This document shows positions 42,874 through 50,469 of a DNA stretch of 64,000 bases, one piece after another. The notes under the pieces were generated by a model that saw only the letters and a list, made by a program, of their open reading frames with translations, was not told where the DNA came from and searched no databases. Location of the stretch: positions 7,960 to 71,959 of IMG/VR virus record IMGVR_UViG_3300045996_002966; one strand, written 5' to 3'. Within the stretch, counting starts at the first letter, position 1. Every line of letters begins with the position of its first letter. The DNA is from a virus. A program made the position numbers and the translations under genes.

Positions 42874-43944
42874 TCACTTGTCCGGGGTGAAGGGCGGCGG
42901 CGCAGGCGGCATCGCGGGTGGCGTGGTAGTCTGCGGCGCGGGAGGTGGGGGCGGCGGTGCGACCGACGATCCAGGGTCGACGACCGGCGCGTTGGCAACC
43001 GCAAGATCGTCTACGTGGTGCGGCGGTTGCCCTGGATTCGGCTCCGCAGCCGTGGGTCCAGGAGGAACAGGCGACGTCGAAGAATCACCGGAAGGGCCAG
43101 CCGCGGCGGCGCCCTCCGGGCTGGGTTCCCCCGGCGCTACACCTTCCACCGGGGCAGGCTTTGCCGGATCACCGACGGGAGCATCCGCGGGGCTCGAGGC
43201 CGGATCGGCTGGCGCTGCGGGTGAACCAGGTGAATCAGCTGGCTCGGAAGACGACGGAGCGGCATCGGCCGCGGGAGCTTGGTCACCTGACGGGGCGGCT
43301 CCAGGAGCCGCGCCAGCATCCGTGGGGTCATCCCCCGCGGAGCCCGAATCACCTGACCCGGTGTCGGCGTCAGGCTGTTCAACTCCTGAAGGAGCTGGGC
43401 TGTCTCCAGCAGGCTCGGCATGGCCACCATCGACGGGCTCCTGAGGTTGAGGGTCTCCCACGACGTCGGGCGGAGCATCGGTGCTGGGCGCCGGGTCTTC
43501 CGCTACGGGAGAATCCACGGGGTCAGCCGCGGGATCCTCGGCGGCGGGAGGAGCAGCGGGCTCCTCGGCCACAGGGTCGTCGACCGCCGGATCAGCGGCC
43601 GGGTCGCTACCCTCCACCGGGTCAGCGGCGGGCTCCTCGGCCACCGGATCCTCGGCGGCAGGCTCCTCGTTAGCTTCCTCGGGCGGCACCACATCGACGT
43701 CCGTCGGGTCGGTCACAACCGGCTGCTGCGGGTCGATCGGCGGGACGGTTACACCGGGGTCTGCCTCGTGCAGCTGGCCCTGATCCTTCAGGAACTGCCG
43801 CACCTTCGCAACGCTGTTCCCCGCGCTGGCGATGGCATGGCGCAACTGCGGTCGCGAGCAGCCGAACTTCTTGGACCAATAGCCCAGCTCATGCGCCTGC
43901 ATGGTGCTGATGCGCTTTCGGTCACCCGAGCCTGTCTTGGCCAT
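42874..43944 (-). CDS. DUF3606-like domain plus ~290-aa acidic Pro/Ala/Asp disordered tail
   Basis: DRKRI....HE..YW.KKFGCS..QL..AI...GNS...VR.FL; GGAGG RBS. Confidence 0.75.
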   Translation of the reverse strand: MAKTGSGDRKRISTMQAHELGYWSKKFGCSRPQLRHAIASAGNSVAKVRQFLKDQGQLHEADPGVTVPPIDPQQPVVTDPTDVDVVPPEEANEEPAAEDPVAEEPAADPVEGSDPAADPAVDDPVAEEPAAPPAAEDPAADPVDSPVAEDPAPSTDAPPDVVGDPQPQEPVDGGHAEPAGDSPAPSGVEQPDADTGSGDSGSAGDDPTDAGAAPGAAPSGDQAPAADAAPSSSEPADSPGSPAAPADPASSPADAPVGDPAKPAPVEGVAPGEPSPEGAAAAGPSGDSSTSPVPPGPTAAEPNPGQPPHHVDDLAVANAPVVDPGSSVAPPPPPPAPQTTTPPAMPPAPPPFTPDK

Positions 43945-43996
43945 AGCTAAGACCTCCGTGTATGGGTTCACAAACACAAGTGGGCTAATTCTACAC

Positions 43997-45067
43997 CTAT
44001 TTGTTAAACAGCGTTTCGTCGCGTCGTTTCAGGGCCTCGAGGTCAAGCACCTCGCCCTGCTTATTCACAAACTTGTCGAGAGGAAGGTGGTGCTCCCGAA
44101 AGAGCTGCCCGCGCTTCGCACCAAGCACCTCGTCCTGGACCGCGGCCGGTTGATCCCGCAGCCAGCCCCCGAAGCTGGTGGCCGCTGGCACCTGACCATC
44201 CATCGAGGCGCGCATACCGGCGTCGACCTCCTCGAGGTTCACACCCAGCTCGCGCCAGGAGGCGGTGATCGGCGCCGCTAGACTGCGGCAGTTCCAGTGG
44301 CGCGGGGGCTGCGGACCTTTACCGACCGGGAAGGTCTTGCCGTCCAGGCTGCCGCAGGTGATCGAGGTTCGCGAGTCCAGGGTGGCGCGGAACACCCAGC
44401 GCGGCACCAGGTCTTTGTTCTCCTCATAGATTTTCTGCTTGGCGTAATTCTGCGTGTGGTTCACCGCGGTTCGCACCAGGGCTGCCAGCTGGTGGCGCGG
44501 TCGCTCGAGGAGGCCATCGGCGTAGCCCTGGGCGCGTGTGCCTCGTAAGGTGCGGGTGATCTCCGCCTCGGTACGACCCTCGATGATCCCCATGCGAATG
44601 GTGTCGCGGATCAGCTTCGCGCGCCCTGCTTCTTGGTCCTCCAGGGCCTCGGAGAGCAGTACACCCTGGAAGGGTCGGGCCATCGCGGCGGCGAATACCT
44701 GATCGGCAACCACGCGATTAACCCCGAGCTGGGTCACGATGGGCTCCGGCACCTCGGTCTCGAGCAGGGTCGCCTGGTACTCCAGCTCGTGGTCGAGGAA
44801 ATCATGCAGCTCAACGCTCAGCGCGCGGCTCAGCCGATCGTAGGAGGTCGCGTTAAGGGCGTTTGCGTCGACGAGAAGGGCCTCCAGGCGCTCAATTCGC
44901 AGGTCCGAGGCTGTACCCTCGATCGCCGCGCTCAAACGCGCTAGGAGGTCTGTATCGACCTCGTTCAACAGGCCTACCATGCGCTGGACGGCGCCGTTCG
45001 CGAAGCGCTGCAGGCTTACCGCGTGCCGAACCTCCGCGTTGAAGAGCCTTTCATTGACGGTAGCCAC
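43997..45067 (-). CDS. Minor head / head morphogenesis protein (Mu gpF, SPP1 gp7-like)
   Basis: VRTAVNH, ATLDSRTS..C..LDG and PP.HWNCRS motifs; GTG start probable. Confidence 0.92.
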   Translation of the reverse strand: MATVNERLFNAEVRHAVSLQRFANGAVQRMVGLLNEVDTDLLARLSAAIEGTASDLRIERLEALLVDANALNATSYDRLSRALSVELHDFLDHELEYQATLLETEVPEPIVTQLGVNRVVADQVFAAAMARPFQGVLLSEALEDQEAGRAKLIRDTIRMGIIEGRTEAEITRTLRGTRAQGYADGLLERPRHQLAALVRTAVNHTQNYAKQKIYEENKDLVPRWVFRATLDSRTSITCGSLDGKTFPVGKGPQPPRHWNCRSLAAPITASWRELGVNLEEVDAGMRASMDGQVPAATSFGGWLRDQPAAVQDEVLGAKRGQLFREHHLPLDKFVNKQGEVLDLEALKRRDETLFNK

Positions 45068-45070
45068 AGT

Positions 45071-45123
45071 TGACAATCTTTAATAAAATGAGGGTTTACA
45101 AGTGCGCAGGTTTGTGGTGTAAT
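45071..45123 (+). promoter_or_regulatory. Repeated early promoter unit, copy 6 (antisense, inside the head operon)
   Basis: TGACA(45071), ATAAAA, GG-TTTACA(45095)-N17-TGTAAT(45118). Confidence 0.85.
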
Positions 45124-45148
45124 GGAATCTCAGCACCGGAGAACGATC

Positions 45149-45367
45149 ATGGAAAAATCAACCTTCGCCCAGCAGATTAAAGATCAGATGGCAGCCTATA
45201 CCTCGCGCGGAAATGCTGCGCCGGCAGTGCTCGTAAATCATCTGCGGAAAGTCGAGAAGATGACTGAGGCCGAATTTGCAGTTCACTATGCGAATCTTCA
45301 AGCCTTCAGCCGGCCAGCCGCGGTTTCGGTAGTTCGGAAGCTGCGCCGGGTGAAGTTCGTAAAATAA
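45149..45367 (+). CDS. Hypothetical protein in the antisense moron
   Basis: GGAG RBS after promoter copy 6. Confidence 0.7.
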   Translation: MEKSTFAQQIKDQMAAYTSRGNAAPAVLVNHLRKVEKMTEAEFAVHYANLQAFSRPAAVSVVRKLRRVKFVK

Positions 45368-45403
45368 AGTTGACAGAATCTCAAATCCCCAAGGAGCAGA
45401 GCC

Positions 45404-45682
45404 ATGAAAACCGACCTCGTTCATCTGAGTGCCACGTACGGAATCACCGGCACTACCGAAGAAGGCGACCTGAATCGCAAAGTCGCAGCCACCTTGATTC
45501 GTGACTTCCGTCGGACCCCCGGTGTAACCGTGACCCGCGTGCTGCGGACGTCGCACATCGTCATTCGCAGGCCGGATTTCGACTTCACCTGCCATCTCAC
45601 CTGGGCGGAGCCGGAGGCGCGGGTGCAGGCCCGCTTGGCGGCGGGGCTGGCCGACCTGGAGTGGAGGCGTTCGGTCCTCTAG
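45404..45682 (+). CDS. Hypothetical protein in the antisense moron; overlaps the portal 3' end
   Basis: CCCCAAGGAG RBS. Confidence 0.65.
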   Translation: MKTDLVHLSATYGITGTTEEGDLNRKVAATLIRDFRRTPGVTVTRVLRTSHIVIRRPDFDFTCHLTWAEPEARVQARLAAGLADLEWRRSVL

Positions 45683-47090
45683 GCGGCGCTCCGGGCGCGG
45701 CAGGCAGCATGCCGAGGGGTGGGCCCTCGGCTTCCGCCGCTTCCAGCTCCTCGTCGACATCCACGTCGCCGGAGATGACCCCGCGGCGCTGCATCTCGTG
45801 AAGCGTGGTTTCCTTCGTGATCAGGCCCTGACCGCGTAGCGCGAGGACCATCTGCGCCGAGGCATCGGAAAGCGTGGCCACGCCGAAGTCTTTGAACAGC
45901 GCGAGGTGCCCGCCGTCCTTCGCCCCGAGGTACTCGGCCGTAAACTGCAGACATTCATCGATGGCGTCCTCCATGTTCTCGATGATCCGCTGAAGATCGC
46001 TCTTGTTGCCCTCCGCATCGGTGAAGGCCTCCGTCGCGCTGCGCTCGCCGGGCTTGACCACCAGCAGCTCGGCTCCCGTCTGGACCATCTGCTGCTCGAG
46101 GTCTTTGAGGCTCTCGCGCCCCGCCCCGATGGCCGCACCGCTGTGCTCCACGTACTTGGCATCGGCGCCCATCGGCAGGTTGAAGGTCAGGTTGGCGGCA
46201 ACGGTTTTCTTCTTCGCGCCCGGAGCTTCCTCCTCCGCCCCGATGATCGCCAGGATTGGCACACGGGCGACGTGAAGGATGTTGTCTTGGTCCGATTGGC
46301 TCTGGTAGTGCTTGACGTTGAGGTGGGCTAGGTCCAGGAGCGGGGAGCGGCCCTGCATGAAGCCGGTCTCCTCGCCGAAAAAGGCCACAAACGGAATCTC
46401 CTGCTTGCCGCCGGTGCGGATCATCGGCCCCGCGTCAATCTGGACGTACTCGGTCGGCTTGTCCTTGACCTCCTCGAACAAGCGGAACCTGCCGGGCTCG
46501 AGGACGCGGACCCGCTTGACCCGGCGCACGCCGAATTCCCCGTCGGGTACCTCGGCCTCCTCCGCCAGGCGCAGCATCGTGAGGCGCTGCACCCCAGTCT
46601 CCGACTTCTCGCTGCGCCAGCCCAGGATCTGGTGATGCTTGATCCACACCCAGTAGGGCCGGGCGCCGGCTGCCTGCTCGTCGGCCTTAGTGCGTAGCTC
46701 GGTGCCGCGGCGGGTGTAGTCGATGAAGACACCAGCCAGGCCAAAGGCCAGGGCCTCGCGACACACGCGCTGGGTGAAGACGTGGACACTCGAACCTTGT
46801 TGGTCGATGTTGGGCAGCAGCTTCTCGATCTCAGGTGGCACCTTCTCGTCGGGTGTGATCTGCTTGGAGAAGGGCTTGCCGCTCATCACGTTGATGGTGC
46901 GACGAAACGCAGGGTAGAGGACCGCGCCGGCGAGCCGACTCGCGTAGTTCTCATCGACCTCGCCCGGCCAGCGAGGTAGCAGGGCCTGGGCCACCGCCCG
47001 CATACCCCTCGTACCGCCCATCAGGGGCTCGATCAAGTCCCAGTCCTGCTGCATGCCCAGGACCTCGGACGACTTCTCATGGACCTTCAT
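45597..47090 (-). CDS. Portal protein (DUF4055-type)
   Basis: GGT..MR....LP, RPYW, PLLDLA.LN..HYQSQSD...ILH.ARVP motifs. Confidence 0.93.
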   Translation of the reverse strand: MKVHEKSSEVLGMQQDWDLIEPLMGGTRGMRAVAQALLPRWPGEVDENYASRLAGAVLYPAFRRTINVMSGKPFSKQITPDEKVPPEIEKLLPNIDQQGSSVHVFTQRVCREALAFGLAGVFIDYTRRGTELRTKADEQAAGARPYWVWIKHHQILGWRSEKSETGVQRLTMLRLAEEAEVPDGEFGVRRVKRVRVLEPGRFRLFEEVKDKPTEYVQIDAGPMIRTGGKQEIPFVAFFGEETGFMQGRSPLLDLAHLNVKHYQSQSDQDNILHVARVPILAIIGAEEEAPGAKKKTVAANLTFNLPMGADAKYVEHSGAAIGAGRESLKDLEQQMVQTGAELLVVKPGERSATEAFTDAEGNKSDLQRIIENMEDAIDECLQFTAEYLGAKDGGHLALFKDFGVATLSDASAQMVLALRGQGLITKETTLHEMQRRGVISGDVDVDEELEAAEAEGPPLGMLPAAPGAPPRGPNASTPGRPAPPPSGPAPAPPAPPR

Positions 47091-47280
47091 TGCGGGGCTC
47101 CTGGTGGGTGTGCATCAAGGCGTCGACCAGGGTAGCTTCCACGGCTTCCATGACCGCAATGCGCTCATCGGCCTCGTCCTGCGTCAGCTGGCCCGCGCGC
47201 ACAGCGCAGGGGAGCACCCGACGACGGTGGCAGACCTCGGCGTGAACCGCGGCGATCTGGGTGGGATAGTCGATGATCAT
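47077..47280 (-). CDS. Small hypothetical protein
   Basis: QIA.V..E...RRRV.P..V..G.LT..EA..RI..ME motif; coupled overlaps. Confidence 0.65.
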   Translation of the reverse strand: MIIDYPTQIAAVHAEVCHRRRVLPCAVRAGQLTQDEADERIAVMEAVEATLVDALMHTHQEPRNEGP

Positions 47281-47483
47281 TGGAACCTCTCAATTCTTAC
47301 CTGACCGTAGACCCGCTCTTCCAAGGGCGCGGTCTGCGACTCATTGAGCTGTATGCGACCTTCGGCGTTGGTAACCAGCTGGACCACGTAGCCTTCCTCG
47401 TCATCTGCCTCGATGGCAAACTGCGCTTCGTGGCCGTCGAGGAAGACGTGGGCCCGGTCACCATTCGCTACCGATACTTTCAT
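47277..47483 (-). CDS. Small hypothetical protein
   Basis: VFLDG...EADDEEGYV motif; coupled to terL. Confidence 0.7.
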   Translation of the reverse strand: MKVSVANGDRAHVFLDGHEAQFAIEADDEEGYVVQLVTNAEGRIQLNESQTAPLEERVYGQVRIERFQ

Positions 47484-48754
47484 CACACCACCAGGGGCGT
47501 TGCTTCTGCGACGCGTTTAACGATCGGGTAGCGCTTGACGAGGAAGTAGCCACCAGCATCGTTGATGTGGTCCAGGCCTCCTTCCTTGTCCGGTTCCCCG
47601 TTCTTGTCGTAGGGCTGCTGCTCGAGGGCCGCGGTGTACTCAGGGCAACGATCGGTGTTGACCTTCAAGCGACGCTGGCCCTTCTGGTTGAGGATCATGC
47701 CGTTGACCGCGTTGACCCGATCCTTGATCCTGGGGTTAGCGTCGTTGACCCGGATGGTAAAGCCGGCCTGCCTCAGGATGCTGAGGTCGGACTCGCTGGC
47801 CTTCTTGGTGCTAGTGCTCTTGGCACTGGCATCGGGATAGATGACCACTGGGTGGCCACGATCCACGTACCGCTCCTTGAGAATCTGGGCCATGGTCGGC
47901 GTGTCCCGAACCTTGGTCAGCTCCTCGAGGGCCATGGGCAGGTCGTTCCTCACGGCGAAGACCACAGCCGCCATCTTCATCACGTTGAAGTCCATCCCGA
48001 TGTGGAGCGCTTCGTAGGGCAGGATCTCCTGGGAGGTGTGATTCAGCACCCGGTCAAAGTCGGGGTAGACCGAGCCACTCGCCATGTTGACGAAGTCGCC
48101 CAGGATGTAGGCGCGGACCAGGTGCGGCGGATAGGTCTCGTAAAGGCCATCGATGTAGTCGTCGGGCAGGAACGGGTTGCTCTGCGTCGCCGCCTTGACC
48201 ATCGTGTAGCTGGGGCTTGGGTTCTTGCCCCATTTGCTGTACACGAACTTGAAGCCCTCGGGCGTGGAGTAGACCGAGACCCGGTTAACTGGGTTGACCA
48301 TACCGAGGGGCTTCTGGCGGTTTCGCGCGATGATCTTCTGCCAGACCAGCGTGGCCTGCTCCTTCTTCAACGTGTCCAGCTCGTCGACGTGGGCGCGATA
48401 GCTCTCGTAACCCACGATCCTGGACGGGTTCTCCAAGGTCCGCAGCACGAAGTCACCGCACTGAGGACTCGACACGTAGATGATGTTTTCTTGCTTGTTG
48501 TGCTTGTACCGCAGTCCGTGGGCCTCGAGCATGGCGCTTAGCCGTGGCGTGAGGATCAGGCGAACGAGGTCATAGGTCGGTTCGTAGAGCGCGATGAGCG
48601 CGTATGGCGAGGCAAGCGCATCGCGGAAGGCACAATCAAGGAGGGTCTGGGTCTTACCGCTGCCGTAGCCGCCGAGGAACAACGGGTACTTGCCCTGGTC
48701 GGTGTAGAACCGAGCCTGGGGCTCGGTCATCTGGAGCGTGATGGTGCGACTCAC
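47483..48754 (-). CDS. terL: Terminase large subunit
   Basis: Walker A GGYGSGKT, Walker B HVDE, STPEG, and nuclease GMDFN...DHINDA.GY. Confidence 0.96.
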   Translation of the reverse strand: MSRTITLQMTEPQARFYTDQGKYPLFLGGYGSGKTQTLLDCAFRDALASPYALIALYEPTYDLVRLILTPRLSAMLEAHGLRYKHNKQENIIYVSSPQCGDFVLRTLENPSRIVGYESYRAHVDELDTLKKEQATLVWQKIIARNRQKPLGMVNPVNRVSVYSTPEGFKFVYSKWGKNPSPSYTMVKAATQSNPFLPDDYIDGLYETYPPHLVRAYILGDFVNMASGSVYPDFDRVLNHTSQEILPYEALHIGMDFNVMKMAAVVFAVRNDLPMALEELTKVRDTPTMAQILKERYVDRGHPVVIYPDASAKSTSTKKASESDLSILRQAGFTIRVNDANPRIKDRVNAVNGMILNQKGQRRLKVNTDRCPEYTAALEQQPYDKNGEPDKEGGLDHINDAGGYFLVKRYPIVKRVAEATPLVV

Positions 48755-49260
48755 GCGTCGTCTGCCTCGAGGTCGTCAACCGGGTTCAAACTCTCGACCT
48801 TGCCGCCCACCACCTCGACCACGATCCTGCCGATCGGCGGGGTGTCGTCCGGGTTTAGGCCCTTCGCGCTGCGGTCCAGGTCGTGCTGCAGCTTGGTCAT
48901 GCTCTCGAGGCGTGCAACCAGACGATCGAACTGGTTGTGAAAGTCGGCACGACGAAACTTCTTCTTGCGCAAGAGGTTGCCCACCTGCTTCCCGGTCTTG
49001 GTGGTGTAGACCTCCTCAACGATCTCCTCCAGCTCCTGCGTGGTCATATCCCCGTCGGTCACCATCTGGCGAGCTTCGGCCACGAGCATGCGCCTGAGGC
49101 GAATGCGAATGATTTCGATCTCAGATGAGAGGTCGTTCCAGAGGTGCTGCTCGGCGAAGGCAACCTCCTCCTTCGTGAAGAGGTTGGACCAGACCGAGGT
49201 GCGGAAGTTGTTGCGCGTGCCCTTCGGCGGCCCGCCATTTTCAGGAAGCTCTCGAGCCAT
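48751..49260 (-). CDS. terS: Terminase small subunit
   Basis: GGPPKG.RN..., L..EI...RIRLRR; directly upstream of terL. Confidence 0.8.
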   Translation of the reverse strand: MARELPENGGPPKGTRNNFRTSVWSNLFTKEEVAFAEQHLWNDLSSEIEIIRIRLRRMLVAEARQMVTDGDMTTQELEEIVEEVYTTKTGKQVGNLLRKKKFRRADFHNQFDRLVARLESMTKLQHDLDRSAKGLNPDDTPPIGRIVVEVVGGKVESLNPVDDLEADDA

Positions 49261-49434
49261 GGGAATTTGCACTGCGAAATTAGGGATTGCCAAATTCTAC
49301 CATGGAACGAGATTCACTTGCGTTCAACTGTGGGTGCAGCACAAAGAACTTCGTGCGAAGGGTGCGCAATCAACACGGGCACCAATGGGCGGTGAACTCG
49401 AGTGCACGTAGCCGCGAAGGGCTAAGCACAAGGC

Positions 49435-49783
49435 TGTTTCAGATTTTACTTTGTTTCAGATTCCTATATTTACTATAGGGGAAAAAGTAGTAGAAGGTAT
49501 AAATATATAAGGGTTTATAACAGTTTATATATATAAGGAGGTAGGGATCTCTGTACCAGAGTAGATTCTGAAACACGGCTTAAGTCCTTGAATTCATTAA
49601 AAAAATTCTTTGACCTACCAACTTCTATCTGCTTCTGAATCTGAAAATGAGCCGATTTTGTGTCGTTGATTCACCAATAAATCACCAATAAATCACCAAT
49701 ATTTGGCCTGTTTTTGCCTATTTTTTAGGCAATTTTCGCCCCATTTCGGCCTTTTTGGTGCCAAATATTGGTGATTTATTGGT
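49435..49783. repeat. AT-rich spacer with direct and inverted repeats (origin / packaging candidate)
   Basis: TCACCAATA x3 (49671-49701); perfect 24-bp inverted repeat 49684-49707 / 49760-49783; near inverted repeat 49435-49450 / 49560-49575; TA-rich run around 49497-49535. Confidence 0.75.
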
Positions 49784-49934
49784 CCTTTTCGGCCCCGTTC
49801 CGAGTTCATTGTGAAGCCTGTTTCACTCATTACACGATTTCAAGGCCCTCTGAAGTTTGCTATTGGACAGCCCTGGAAATTAAGTATTAATATCCTTTTC
49901 CCTGATTCCGAATAACTGAATAAGAGACGAGGCG

Positions 49935-50429
49935 ATGACGACAAAGGCTAAGGTAATTCCCCTAAAGCCACCGAGCGCGCAGTTCGAAGACCTAAGCGAG
50001 GAGGACGCCAACGAGCTGATCCTCGGGCTCTACGTAATCTATAAGACCATCGACTCGAGGCGCAAGGCTCTCGAGCTGGCCAGATCCTGGTTCGCGGGGC
50101 AAGGCGTAAGGCTGGTACGCAACAGCACGCTGCCCAACGCGATTCAGGAAACCGTGCAGCACCTGCGCTACCAGAAGAAGAAGGGTCAGTACGTGGTACG
50201 CTGGCGAAGCGGCGGCTACCAGGTCTTCAACACGCTGGCCGAGGTCGCCGAGGCTTTGCACCTCGGGCTCTATCAGCTGCGCAACGACTTCGTCGGTCAG
50301 ACGAAGATCGACCTCGCCGGTATCACCGACGAGCACGGAAACCCTGAGATAGTTACCCTCGAGCTGGTTCCATTTGACCAACTCACCGAACACCTGCGCC
50401 TGTTGGAATTAGAAGACGCGCAGGGTTGA
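49935..50429 (+). CDS. Hypothetical protein, possibly DNA-binding
   Basis: GAGG RBS; FNTLAEVAEAL resembles a helix-turn-helix segment. Confidence 0.7.
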   Translation: MTTKAKVIPLKPPSAQFEDLSEEDANELILGLYVIYKTIDSRRKALELARSWFAGQGVRLVRNSTLPNAIQETVQHLRYQKKKGQYVVRWRSGGYQVFNTLAEVAEALHLGLYQLRNDFVGQTKIDLAGITDEHGNPEIVTLELVPFDQLTEHLRLLELEDAQG

Positions 50430-50469
50430 GCTGGTCGGGCTTTCCCGACTGGTTATGCCGTAAGGGAGG

